Of a DNA stretch of 64,000 bases, positions 17,091-31,059 are shown in pieces (position 1 is the first letter of the stretch; each line of letters starts with the position of its first letter). The translations under genes were made by a program, and so were the position numbers. A model generated the notes under the pieces. That model was not told where the DNA came from and searched no databases. It worked only from the letters and a program-made list of their open reading frames with translations. The stretch comes from Lama glama (lineage: Eukaryota): the NCBI GenBank assembly GCA_028534125.1, contig CM052832.1:7938001-8002000 (forward strand). Direction: 5' to 3'.

Positions 17091-18362
17091 AGTCTATACA
17101 GTATGATCTAATTTACACAAATGTTACTGTATATGTATGTACACATAAATGTATGTCTATATTGAGAAAAGTTTGGAAGGACACATTTCAAAAGTAATTT
17201 TATTCTTTAAATAAAGAAAATAAAGACTTCAAATGACATTAGAAAACCTTTACAATATAACGCTAAGTGAATATAACCAAGCTATACAGTGTTGTATCAA
17301 CCGTGCCCCCAAAAGAGAATAGTACAATACTATTTCGCAAGAGAAGAGTATTACTTTTATAATCAATAAAAAGCTTTAAGTTATAAATCAGATCTGTAAT
17401 TTAACATTTAAAGTAAATAACAGCCCTCCAGTGCATTTTGCATACAGACCAATGTAGTCAATTACAAGATATTTGCACAAGTTATAAAGATGTGTAGGTA
17501 CTATAAGAAAATCTACAAGAAAGAGTAGGGTAAATTTAAATCTGCAAAATTAATTTAAAGCAAATAATACCAGCCATACTTGCAGATTCTTCATATCCAC
17601 ACTTGCCACATCCCTGACCCAGTCCACATGATTAAAAGGCTCAAAAAATTTGGCCTCTGAACAACATGGATAGAAATGGAAACGTGATTATTTTTTTAAT
17701 CTTACTCACATTACTTAACCTTAAATAGTGTACAGGATAGACAGGTGACTGAGATTGAGCAGAAAATTTAGTACCTCCTCTTGGTTTCTGTTTACTATCC
17801 CAGGCCAATCATACTCCCATCTTAAGTAACTATTCTGGGCTAGTGGTTGCCAGCTATGCCAAAAAGCATCCTCTGGCATGAAAGAATCCTCCATCCCAGG
17901 ACCTGGCATTTCAAAGCCATACTGGGGGAACCATCAACACAATGCTAGTCATCAGGTCAGGAAGCACTTCCCAACTTAAAGACCAAAGAAGGCAGCTGTG
18001 TAGGCTAGGGAGGTTATTCCAGTGCCTGAATTCCAAAAGCTAGTAAGCTCTTGTAAATTTCACTTTATTCACTTCATCCTGGTTTCTGGGCTATTAGGAA
18101 TGATGTCAGTCATGGATCTAACCAAAAGGAAGGGGAAAGTGGAGAAAACCTTGAGTAGAGGGAATACTTAATTCCACTCACTTTTTAAATGAGAATGTCT
18201 ATGACAGCCTAAAATGTGGTTCGAGGCTCACTGACTCCATGTTCAGCTGAGTTTCCTGTTTCACAGCCAGTGCCTGCCCAACACTAATCAAGGAGACTAA
18301 CTAACTGGCAGTCATGCCAAAGTCACAGAGCCCTGTATCCTGTAGCCATCTGATGCCAACAG

Positions 18363-18433
18363 GGCGGGGTGGGTATAGCTCAGTGGTAAAGTCCTCAGTT
18401 CAAGTCCCAGGACCTCCATTTAAAAAAAAAAAA
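18363..18433 (+). mobile_element. tRNA-derived SINE, internally deleted
   Basis: gggtatagctcagtggta...gttcaagtccc...acctcc followed by poly(A); lacks the central segment seen in the other copies. Confidence 0.75.
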
Positions 18434-18773
18434 AGGCTACAACAAATGAAGCTTTCCGATGCTAACAGAACAAACCCAACACACCGTGTGTGTGCACGCA
18501 CACGCGCGTGTGTGTCCGCCCGTCCGTCCATACACATAAATACATATCTATTATTTATATCTGGGTATTACTTCAGTCATGTTACAAAACCCTTTTTAAA
18601 TATGTATTTTTTCTATAACTATTCTAAAATGGTTAGGAAAAATATATAGGACTTTTTCTAAGTAATAAAGAAACTAAAGCATAACTGGAATTAGACAATT
18701 CTCACTCACCCAGCGGGGCTGATAAACCATGCAGTTTCACTTGGCCTAAGGATGCAGATCTACTGTTCAACTA

Positions 18774-19076
<303 letters not shown>

Positions 19077-20220
19077 TTAGTTATGTGACCCTGGGCAACG
19101 TATTTACCCTCCCTCAATATGTTTCACCACTTATAAAATGGGAATAACAATTCCTACTTCACAGGGATGTTGAAAAGGACTAAGCAAAATGAAATATGTA
19201 GAGCATCTATCAAGTATTCATTAAACAGTGGCCATAATTATCGTATCTTTTATTAACATCACCTACCTGGCACAGCACAAATTGTGGAATATTGTAAAAA
19301 CTACTATTTAATTATAAGGGAACTGATATCTTCATTATTATTTTTCCTTCATTTTTTTCCCTCAGAACTAATCCTCTCCTCCAATACATTCTCCTTGGCT
19401 CCCTCGAGTAGAATAAATTTCATTACTGATAACTTACAGCAAGTCCTATACAAGGGTGCTCACTGAAATTATAAGGGAACTTTAGGAAAAAACCCTCAGA
19501 TTCCAAGATTACCCTACCTTCCCCCAACCTGCTGACTCAGATCTGCTGGGGAGGCCCTTGTACTTGTATTTTTTAAAGTTTGCCATGTGACAATGATGCA
19601 GCCAGCCTAGCCACAGTCTGCCTTTGGGAACTACTACCTTCAAATTCTTTAATTAAAAACTCAACAAATATTAACTGAATGCTTCACAACAACCCTGTGA
19701 AGTAAAATAGGTATTATTACTCTCCATCTGACAGGAAAGAGGATCAAAGTGCAGAGGGATTACATGACTTGCCTAAAGTCACACAGCTTATACGTGGCAG
19801 ATACGGCACTAAACTAGATTCAAATCTTGTTCCTCTGACTCTTGATTCAACATCTCAAAAAGGCATCATAAATCTCCCTCATAGTACTGTGGTGCTGCCT
19901 TTTCACAAAGATCAAACTACCTGCCCAAAGTCAAAAAAGTAGTTAATAGGACTGGGGCCCAAAATCCTGACTTGTTGCCTCTTTCCTCAGAACAAAAATG
20001 AGAATACAGGATCCTAAAGAGCTTGCCTGCTGGCCTCCAGGAAATCTGTCCAGTAGCATTACACAGCTTAACTCACTTAATGAATTGAAAAGCCAGAAGA
20101 TAAAGGGACACTGTCCAAAAAGAGCAATCACTCTATAATATAAGACTGGACACATTCAGGAAGAGATTTAGAATAACATCTGCAGGCAGAACTGCAATTC
20201 AAAAAAGTCAGAGGGGTTTA

Positions 20221-20415
<195 letters not shown>

Positions 20416-20967
20416 TCATACTACTACACCATTTAGTCTTAGAAATACCAGGTTTCCTAGTGCTGGCACTCTTTTCTTTCAAAAACTCAATGGATGGGAA
20501 TTAACAAAATAAAGCATTTCTATTACTGCTTCACCTGAAAGAGATGGTTTTAAATCTCTAATTTCAGTGTTTCCACTGACCATTTAACTAGCTTCTTAAA
20601 TCACAAATGCAGCAAAGCCACACAAAAAAACCTTTTAGTGATGAACCAAGATGTTCCAATGGTTAACTCTCAGCAGTGTGACTGTGGGTAATTTTTATTT
20701 GCTTTTTTACTATTTTCCCTCTAATTTTCCATGATTAATATGTATGACTTATATAATATTTTCAAATTATAATTTTAAAAAATATGTAACAGGAAACATA
20801 GTCTTGATCAACCACATAAGATGTGGAATATACAATCCAACAGCTTTAGCTCCTCTGGCTTTATTCAGATCTGTAATTACTGTTAAATTCAGAAAATGCT
20901 AAAAATTTATTTAGCCTCATTCAGAAGATATACACACATCTTAATACTGTTTCTGAAGATTCACTTA

Positions 20968-21156
<189 letters not shown>

Positions 21157-22383
21157 TTAATCAGTCATCCAACATGAATATCCTACCTACACATTAGACA
21201 TACTGACTTCTAGTATCTGAAAAACGCAAGCTAACTCTCATCCTTCAATCACAAAAGCTGTTCTTTTTTTAATAACAGAATATTATTTGGTTAAACTTAG
21301 CCCAATCCAGATTCCCTATCTCACTAAATTCTACTGTATTTTAATTATGCAAGGTTAGTAATGCTTAAAAAAGGTAACCTGACTGAAACATGATCATATG
21401 CTTTCCAACAAATGAATTGTTTTCATTCATTTTATACTTTATTAGAGATATTGAAATTATTTGCAAATAAGACAATACCACCTCATATTTTCATAATGTT
21501 TCTAGTTTTCATAGTACTTTCTTATACTTTGATTTGATTCTCACAACACCTTGGCTTCTTTAAGCATTTGACTTACACTCACTAAATGCTTTTCAACATT
21601 ATACGCTTTTTTTTGTTGAGTTTTTTAAGTAAAACTACTATGCCATCCTGTCTTTCTAATGCCCCACCCAACACATCCAGTCTGCTTATCTGGATGAGAG
21701 GCCTGCAACCAATATACAAGCCTTACCAAACACAGGGGTAGAAGCTTAGCTCCACTAAGAGAAGCAGAAATCAGAACCACTTATGCAGACTGAAGACCAG
21801 CTTCCTCTTTGTGGGACTATCTCTACATTCTGATCCTTTCCCCTACCCAGGTGCCTAGGAAATTAGGTTACTCATACAATCTAAAATATGATCCTAGAAC
21901 CACATGGGTCAGGGCTGGGGCCAGATCACTCATGCCAAAAACACATGTAAAGAACTTAATGTGTCCACTATTCTGTGACTTAAAAGGGGACACCACAAAT
22001 GAAATGTTGGGTTGTTATGTTTTGGGGAAGCAAATACACAATACTTCCACTGTATTAATGAGGAAACTCAACTACCAGAAAATTAACCATTAATTATCAA
22101 TTATTTATCTGGGAAAGTAAATTCTAAAACAACCAACTTATAAATTTTTATAATACAATCCATTTATAAGCTGGGGTCCATCTACACCTAAAAGCAGATT
22201 TATTTTATGCTTCATAAAGCACTCTCAAACAACAATAACTCATTTGAGCCTCACATCTCCAACAGTCAGGGCCAAGTATTGTCCCCAGTTGGGAGAAAAG
22301 AGAGACGGGAGAGAAAAATGGCTTGCCTAATATCACCTAAGAAGCAAATGACAGCTATGTCTTAAATCTAAATTCCCATCTCA

Positions 22384-22605
<222 letters not shown>

Positions 22606-23087
22606 CTAAAAATTGTCAAAGAAAAACAGTGTATTCAATCACAAAACTCCAAGTGAGAAAAGACAAAACTTAAATTAACTCTAACAGCTTTGTGCTAGAA
22701 AGAGAAATATAAACACACACGTAAATCCTAGGGTTTTTTTTTTAAGTACAAAACTTCATTATGATAATAAAAAACAGCAAGCTAGCATCAGCAAAATGAA
22801 AGAAATTAAGAAATCCCTTAGAAGGACATCCTACCCTCCCTTACAGACAACGCCCCTTCAATCACTGGGAGTGGGTACAGTCCAATCTGAGAAACCCTAG
22901 TTGATAGATTTTAAAAAAGGATTCCCCAATGTGTGGCTGTCACTCTCTTCAAAAGGATATGGCTCGCTCATTCATTCATTCATACATTCAAAAAACATTC
23001 TCTAACATCAACCTTATACCAGGTCTTGTGTACTTTAGGGAAAGAGAATTAAATAAGACACACACAGCCCTCAAGAAGCAAGTCAAG

Positions 23088-23238
23088 GGGGGACGGTATA
23101 GCTCAAGTGGTAGAGCGTGTGCTTAGCATGCATGATGTCCTGGGTTCAATCCCCAGTACCTCCTCTAAGAATAAGTCAATGAATAAACCTAAATACCTCC
23201 CCCCCACCAAAACAAAAAACAAAACACAAAACTCTATA
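23088..23238 (+). mobile_element. tRNA-derived SINE (camelid vic-1-like) with 15-bp TSD
   Basis: Pol III A box (tagctcaagtgg) and B box (gggttcaatccc), A-rich tail, TSD aagaagcaagtcaag at 23073-23087 and 23239-23253. Confidence 0.9.
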
Positions 23239-24963
23239 AAGAAGCAAGTCAAGACTCTAGTGACTCTAGTCTCAAATCCAGGCTTCTTGCCTCCAGCTTA
23301 CAAACAGCATTTTCTCCCTGCTCTGACCCAAGAATCCACATCTCATGTCTAACCTAAGAATTAAATGTTTCTCCCCTAACTCACCAGTCAACTCTGCCTC
23401 TAGCCTCCCCCAGTCTCTATATACTATCTCACCAGGGCACCCATTCAATACGGAATTCACCAATCCCAGGGGAGCCCCGCAAGCTAAACCACAGACATCA
23501 GTGATATTAGAGCCAAAGATGAATGCACTTGGGGCATTTAACTTTTAGACTTTTTTCCACGTTGAACTAGAGCTACATGCCTCATACATGAGCCACTTCA
23601 TGCCATTCCAAACCCTCATCATCAGAGACTGAAAAAGACTGCAGGGCTTTGGCCACTGCATAGGAATCCTGCTGTTGCTTGATTTTGTACATCTGTCTCT
23701 TCCCCATAAGTCATCTCTTCTCCAATTTAAACAGCCTAGGTCCTTCTGTGCAAGCTGTGAGGCAAGGATGACACTGACTTTATTTGTAACTTTGTTGGAG
23801 TACTGTTACATTTAATCACATCTTCAACTAAGTACATATAGCAGTTACTGACCCTACTAGAGCCATTCAGCAAACATTTGCCAAGCAAATTTTGTTACTG
23901 TCCTAGGTTCTGGCGATGACAAGATCTAGTCCTGTCTTCTTGCAGTGCTGTCTTCTGGGGAAAATAAATAGCAACTCACACTTACTGGAAGACTACCATG
24001 TACCACACTCTGTTCTAAACGTTACAAATGCAGTGACTCATTTAATCCTCAAGAGAGATAGGTATTATTATCATCCCTATTAGCAAATTTAGGCTCTGAG
24101 AGGTTAAGAAACTTACCTAGCATCACACACAAGAATGTGATGCTTGCAGAAAGACAAAGCAAACCATAACAAATGGATGAAAGAGGTGTAATGGGACCAC
24201 TGTGGGTGCAACTACTTTTCACAGGGTGAACAGGCAAAAATTCCAGAAGAGTTTCTGAACTGGTTTCCGAAAGAGGGTCAGACAGGTGCTAAGTTGTAGA
24301 AGGATATTCCAAGAAGGCACAAGATGTAAAACGACACAGAATATGAAAAGACATGGGAAACTAATAAATAAATTCAGTGCACTATAAACACAAAGTGCTC
24401 TAAACCCTTATTTCTATTTTACTCCCTCTGCTATCCTTTGGCTCACCATAAACTACATTTCTGGAAGCAAAGAGACTACCACAGGCCTATCTGTTTGTCC
24501 TAACTGGCTTCTGTCCAGGCTGAAGCGTAAGTGACAGGAAGAGACAGGCCTTGGGATCTGTCGGGAGGGCGGACAAGTTATGCCTTGATAACAGATAATG
24601 AGGGATAAGGACAGAAACGGGCTCTTAGAATCTGGCACTCAAAGTGCTTCCCCTCTGCAAGGAAGTCAAAGAAAAAAACAAAGTTGCGGCAACAGCACGT
24701 CTTTATTTTTGAGTATCAGAGAGAGGCACGGCGCCTGGGGTGGGGAACGGGGGTGCCCCAGAAGACCGACTCTCGCTGTTGTCCTGTCTCCCCCTTCCAC
24801 ACAGAGTTCACCAGGGCGGAGGGCGCGTCCTCAATTCAACAAATGCTCCCCGAGGGCCTAACGAATGCCCAGCAGGTAGTCATGTGGTTAAACCACGGTC
24901 CCTGTCCTGGAGGTGCTCAGAAAACGCAGGACGGGGCACAAGGTAAAGGCCCAGAGGGTCGGC

Positions 24964-25007
24964 CCCGCACCGCCCCCCACGCAGACCCGCACCGCCCCCC
25001 ACGCAGA
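24964..25007. repeat. 22-bp tandem duplication in CDC5L intron 1
   Basis: cccgcaccgccccccacgcaga occurs twice back to back (24964-24985, 24986-25007). Confidence 0.9.
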
Positions 25008-25103
25008 CCCCGCAGGCATCCTCCCCGCCTCCCCGACCTCCGCGCGTGCGCATCAGGAGTCGGAGGGGCGGAGGGCAGCGGACGGCGGGAAAAGGGGACT
25101 TAC

Positions 25104-25148
25104 CTCAGTATTCCTCCACACGCCCCCCTTGATCATAATTCGAGGCAT
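25104..25148 (-). CDS. CDC5L: CDC5L exon 1, coding part (MPRIMIKGGVWRNTE)
   Basis: ATG in gccaagATG context (cat at 25146-25148); 45 nt; donor GAG|gtaagt. Confidence 0.97.
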
Positions 25149-26564
25149 CTTGGCGGCAGGGTGGCTCGGCAAGCGGCCGAGTGGAGCTACAGAGAAGAAC
25201 TAACGGCGCTACGGCCACGGGACCCAAAGCCGCCACTTCCTCCAAGCGCGACCTTCTGCTTTGAAGAGATCTACGCAGGCGCGAGAGGTATAAGGGGGGG
25301 CGGGCCCACTAGCAAGTCTCGCGAGAACTCGAGTGGCTGAAAGGAAGTTAAGTGCCCAGTTGTTAAAGCTCCATTCTAGAAAGACTGACGGAAAACCATT
25401 AAACCACTCTCGCCAAAGCGCCCTACGCCGCGCACAAGCCCAAAACTGGTTGGAGGAAACCACGGCTCTCGCGAGATAACGGCGGTGGCTCTTGGCAGGA
25501 AGTATAGCACTGGGACTAGTCGTGACGTCACCTAGTGATAGAGCGTGGGACCGTCTCGCGTGTAGCCCACCCAGCTGATCTAAAAAGAACTTTGTTCATT
25601 TATTACTTTAATATTAGGCATTTAACTAATGGGAATTCATTCACAAAATACTCGAGAAAAGGCAATAGCTTATTTAAGCCTAAAGTTCCTAACCTGTATA
25701 ATGGAAATAATAATGTACCAACTTCATAGGGTTGTCCTAAGGATTAAATATGATGGTAAACCTAGCATGGTATCTGATACATAAGTGTTCACAAAAGTGG
25801 CAGCTGTTATTACAAGGACAACCACAAGTGATCAGTGGTTGTCCGAGAAACTCGCAGAAATGTCTTATCAGAGTTTTTCACTCAACTCTACTCATTCTCT
25901 ATGGATTAATAGTAAAGAGTTACCATCAGTAGGCACTGGTATTAGACATACTCGGTCTGGTTCTCTAATTAGCTTGGGTAATAACCTTGCTGAATCTCAG
26001 TTTCCTCATATGAAGAGTGGAGTTAACAATTCCTGCATCATAAATTTGAGGGGCATATTAATTGACATACCTAAAACCCAATGTAGTAGGGATTGCCAAA
26101 CTGCCATTCCACTTCCCAATTACTCACTCAGTTTCCTTCACCATTCAAAAACATCTCTTTGACACCAGCCTGGAAGGTATGAAATATTAGTGGACTGAGA
26201 AACACCCCGAGAATTTTTTATATAATGCCTTTCTCTTTATATTTCATTTCTCCATTTGCCTCTTCTGAAAGAGCTATGGAATTTTCTGATTAGATTTTGG
26301 GGGCTGGTTTGTTTATTTATTTGCCTTGAAATAGGAAACTGTGTCAATAAAATCACTACTTTGTTGGATGACAGTGTTGGATTATGAAGAACGCAGAAAC
26401 TTTGCCATATAAAATGTTGGTCCAATCCTCTCTCTCCTTGTTGTGTGACAGGCAACAGGCCATTTTCTCTGGGCCTCTGTTTGCAACGCTTCTCTATAGG
26501 ATGTGTTACCATTATTTTCTGTCCACCCTATCCTCAACATCCATTCAGTTGCTGTGGTTAGTGC

Positions 26565-26595
26565 CTCTCTCTCCCTCTCTCTCTCTCTCTCTCTC
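26565..26595. repeat. (CT)n microsatellite abutting the gap
   Basis: Direct reading of the sequence. Confidence 0.9.
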
Positions 26596-27095
26596 NNNNN
26601 NNNNNNNNNNNNNNNNNNNNNNNNNNNNNNNNNNNNNNNNNNNNNNNNNNNNNNNNNNNNNNNNNNNNNNNNNNNNNNNNNNNNNNNNNNNNNNNNNNNN
26701 NNNNNNNNNNNNNNNNNNNNNNNNNNNNNNNNNNNNNNNNNNNNNNNNNNNNNNNNNNNNNNNNNNNNNNNNNNNNNNNNNNNNNNNNNNNNNNNNNNNN
26801 NNNNNNNNNNNNNNNNNNNNNNNNNNNNNNNNNNNNNNNNNNNNNNNNNNNNNNNNNNNNNNNNNNNNNNNNNNNNNNNNNNNNNNNNNNNNNNNNNNNN
26901 NNNNNNNNNNNNNNNNNNNNNNNNNNNNNNNNNNNNNNNNNNNNNNNNNNNNNNNNNNNNNNNNNNNNNNNNNNNNNNNNNNNNNNNNNNNNNNNNNNNN
27001 NNNNNNNNNNNNNNNNNNNNNNNNNNNNNNNNNNNNNNNNNNNNNNNNNNNNNNNNNNNNNNNNNNNNNNNNNNNNNNNNNNNNNNNNNNNNNNN
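26596..27095. other. Assembly gap (500 N)
   Basis: Exactly 500 N, preceded by a (CT)n tract. Confidence 0.99.
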
Positions 27096-29655
27096 ACGTC
27101 TGGCCCACGGCTCAGTTCTGGGTCAAGGCATCACCGTCTCCTCATTTTCCAGCCAGGAAAGAAAAGCCTGTCAGTCAGTGGCATGATCCTGAGGAGCTCC
27201 AACTCTAAAACCCTTCACCAAGTCAAATCTTATAAACAAGGCTTTTACCTCCCTAGCTTTTGAAGACCAAATGGCTGAGAGCAAAAGGAAACAGTCTAAC
27301 CAAACTGAGTACCTCATCCTAGAAATGCAGGCAATGAATGGAATCCTACAAAACACTCATAAATCGTTTGTGGAGCTGTAAACGTTGATGCTAGTATCTT
27401 AATATTTTGATAATTTAGAGTACAGAGACTATAGAAGCAGCCTTGGAATTGTCTTCATTTAGCTTATTTGGACTTCAGTGCCTCTAGCTTGAAAACATAA
27501 TTTTCCCTCCAGTCCACAGAGGCCATTTTCCTTTTTTTCCCAGGACCTGAAATTAGAAGACCTCATGTGCGATGTGAAGCGGTCAGTCCAATGAATTTAC
27601 TTGTCCGTGTCCTGTGCAGGTTGTTTCTATTAAACCTGCAAACCTCAGTTATTGGAAGTAAGAGATGAATACACACACGCACACACACGTTTTTATCTAC
27701 CAAAGAACCTAAAGGGAAGTGAAGGGGACCTTCATGTCTAACAGGTCCAACCTCCTGTGCCTAGAAATAAGACAGCTGGAATGGCCATGACACTCATATA
27801 CTTTTCCCATGTGGCCTCTGTCTATGCCTTACCCCCCCTCCCCAAAACATGCATGCATGCGCGCATATGTCCTGGCCAAAGTTGGCAGTGGAAGGTTTCA
27901 CATATCAGCTGTTAGGGGTGCCGTGGAAAAAGGCCTGGCCGCTGATGGGTACCCACAGAGAACCCCAGATCCAGTGAAAACTGCCCTGACTTCCAGGGGA
28001 TGGAAAGTGGCCTGCAACTCCAGAAATTCAGTCATTTAATAGTTTCTTTTTATTATTAATCATCACTACTCTGGTTTTGAGCAGCATATAGGACTTACAT
28101 AGATGTCCGTGAAATCTAGAGACTGCTAGCAACACATCTTCTGAAACTATATTTTGGTTGCTTTTCTCAGTACCTTTACTGTGTAGGACTCCTTCCCTCC
28201 AAAACATGAGTACCTTCTGAGAGCAGTTTCCTGTTCCACCTAGATAATCCCACCCAGAAATCCCTGCAAAAGCTTCTTTTGTGTCTATATCGTGTTCCCC
28301 ATTATTCACCCACACAGGTGGATTTTGTTATATTTTAAGTAATAGAAGCATACAAAAAATTTTTTTTCGTAAGTTGATGTATTAGAGAAAACCTGCTGGC
28401 AACTTTTTTTCCTTTTTTCAATTATTTGGTTTTCTTCTCTCTTCCGGGTTTTGTTGGGGGTAGGGGTGGGCCTTGCGTCCCAGGGGCAAGAGCACGAGCA
28501 CAGGGGTAGGCTGATGCCACCCCAAGGAGTGGTTGGGCACAGTTGCTGATGGCAGCTGGCATGTTCTCTGCTCATTGGTCTAAGGCAACGTATGAAGAAA
28601 GCACACATGTACTGTGTTCTAAGCCTGCCTCATTCACTGTGGCTGCATCTGGAGAGAACGCTTTGACGGGGAAAAGAAATCATGTCTCACACTTTGGGTA
28701 CTATGAGTCTCAGCATAGTCCCCAATTCTCTCTTTCCACTTGAAGGTTTGGGGGAGAACAGATCTGCAGCTCTCATTAGCCAACCGGGAAGGGTGGGGGG
28801 TCTCCTTAGTGGACAAGGAAATGGACTATGAAAATGCTGAGAGTCACAGCCTGACTGTTTAGGGTTGGCTTTCATTCCCAGTTTTTCCTCTAAATGTCTG
28901 CTTCTTGCCTGATTGATGAGAGGCCCCAAGACTCATGACTGGGGCTCACTGAGCTCTTCTCCTGTGTGACTGTGTAGACAAACAATGCTGAAGTGGGGGA
29001 TGAAGCAGTAGGATTAATTACCTGGTGGAGATCCAGCCTGCACATTTTTCTGACTAGTACCTAGTGAACTGTAGATAAAAATCTCAAAAAGGATGAATAA
29101 AATGAGAATAGTTTTATCAAAATTAATGAAAGCTCACATAATGTCTGCATTTTATCACTGATTCAAGGGCATCCTTAGAAAGCTAAATTTAACTGAAAAA
29201 AACTGAATGTGGATCATATTTGAGTAGTATCACATCTACATTAAATTCCCTGAATTTGATATTTGTATTGTGACTGTTAGAGATTACCCTTAGCCTTAGG
29301 AGATACATACTGAAATGTATAGGTGTATTAGGATGCCTGCCACTTATTCTGATAACTGAGCAAAATAATAATAGTAATAATATGAGAAAAAGAGAGAATG
29401 TGTACAATTTTGGACAAACGTTAACAAATGTAGACTCTAGGTGAAGAACATGTAGGTATTTGTTAGTTGTACAACTCTCACAAATTTTCTGTAAGTTTGA
29501 AAGTTTTCAAAATATAAAGTTATAAAAGGGCAAAACACAGGTGATTCTGCATCCCAGTCCAACACTGGATTTTGAACAGTTACACTGACAGAAGCAATCA
29601 CTGGGAAGAGGCTCTCAGAGGACAGTCAGTGCATACTTTCTGGACTTGTTTCTGC

Positions 29656-29684
29656 TCAGGATTGTTTCTGAAAGTCCAAAGAAC
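29656..29684 (-). CDS. SPATS1: SPATS1 last coding exon (GSLDFQKQS*)
   Basis: ctctatccacag| acceptor, 29 nt to TGA (tca at 29656-29658); resembles the recalled human C-terminus GALDFPRQS. Confidence 0.85.
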
Positions 29685-29934
29685 CTGTGGATAGAGGCAC
29701 AGAGTTAATGGTTGTGCTCCATGACCAGACCAACAGTTCTCAACCACACACTCGATGGTGACATGGCCATGGCCATGACATCATCTGCCCAGGGGCCACC
29801 TCGGGGCAAAGGACACCATCCACTCCCAGAGAGGCACTGCCTCTCTCCTCTCCACTGCGAAGCCTCTCAAAATCCTGCTCTTCCAGGCTTGCCTCCAGGC
29901 TTTTATACTATTCTTTGAAGGTTCTTTAACCCAC

Positions 29935-30050
29935 CAGCAGGTAGCAAACTCTGTAGCAAGGGGACCGCTGGCTGCCAATTGTCAAGTTCCTCGACTTCCT
30001 GTATCTCATTCTTCAGCTTGTTGGCCTTCTCCTTCACCCAGAAAGGCAAG
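29935..30050 (-). CDS. SPATS1: SPATS1 penultimate coding exon (LPFWVKEKANKLKNEIQEVEELDNWQPAVPLLQSLLPA)
   Basis: cttcccacag| acceptor, |gtgggt donor, 116 nt (phase 2 to 1); within ORF 29903..30178. Confidence 0.93.
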
Positions 30051-31059
30051 CTGTGGGAAGAAAACACCACCCTGAGTTTGAGTTGGTCTCCCATGCAAAT
30101 GCTACAAACACCTTCAGCAGACAAGACAGTACATCCTCTAAAAGTAAGAAGGTCTCCAATTTTGGAGACAAGTGTCAAAAGAAAACACCGTGTTAGTTGT
30201 CACCATTTGCCCTCCCCCACAAACTCTGCCCAGGAAGCTGACCCCGTGCTGAACCACTTTGACTCCTCCCTGTCTCCACTTTTGAGCCGGGCTTGGCTAA
30301 TGGGAGGCAACAGGAGATCAGAAGATGGAAAGACAGAGGTTGGGGTGTGTCTCATCAGGCTCCTCGATTCCCTCCCTGTCTCCCCAGGTAGCCCAGTTCT
30401 GGAGCGGCTGCATGCTCCCCTGCCACGACTCCTTGTGAACAGCCCTTCTCTGTCTCCCACTGCCCTGTGAACCATGAGCCCCTTCCTGCTGTTTAGACCG
30501 AGGAGTAGTAAGAGAATCTCACTGTCAGGGGCCCCTGGGTGCTTCGCCCTCCCACCTGAGTTCTCTCAACCTGCCCACACATCAGGAAACAGTTCAGAAT
30601 CCCAGCTGAGTATGCCTTCAGCTTTCTGCCAGGACCTCAGCTAATGCAGACACCAGCATCCTCCCAAGTCTGTTGAGATTTGAAAGGGCATATGCTAGGC
30701 TGCACTGTATGTGTTCCAAGAGGTACCAGGAAGTGTGGCTCCTTGGATGAGTCAGAGCAGGAAGATGACAAATGTTCTCATCTTTTGGCAGCTAGAATTT
30801 TCATATTTTTAGGGGGAAATGCACCATGATTAGGAAAATACTCTGATAAACCTGCTGGAGGTAGGGAAGTGCCTGTAAGAAGGAAGAGGAGGATTACCAC
30901 ACATAGTGATAGGTGGGAGTCCAGGTTATAATTTAAAGCTGGCAACCCAGTAGTAGAAGCCCAAGTAAGAAAAGCAGGACAAAGGGCAATATAGAAAGAT
31001 ATTAGCATGAAGAACCAGAAGAATAAAAACACACGCATTTCTAAACATTGAAAGAAGTA

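Larger units (their letters stand above)
24680..25570 (-). promoter_or_regulatory. CDC5L: CpG island containing the CDC5L promoter, 5' UTR and start of intron 1
   Basis: GC- and CpG-dense block around exon 1. It contains TCTCGCGAGA palindromes (25317-25326, 25467-25476), a full CRE TGACGTCA (25523-25530), an ETS-like CAGGAAGT (~25496-25503) and a GC box (~25295-25303). The TSS is not pinned down. Confidence 0.9.

Noticed and set aside
23088..23165. tRNA-like sequences with A and B boxes (this copy and seven others)
   Set aside because: Poly(A) tails, target-site duplications and divergence between copies show they are SINEs, not tRNA genes.
24684..25340. 218-aa + strand ORF antisense to CDC5L exon 1
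   Set aside because: It has a non-ATG start and Pro/Arg/Gly-rich low complexity, as expected from stop-codon depletion in a CpG island, and no recognisable homology.
26384..27208. Long ORFs of 187-274 aa spanning the first gap
   Set aside because: They consist mostly of X residues from the 500-N gap and are artefacts.
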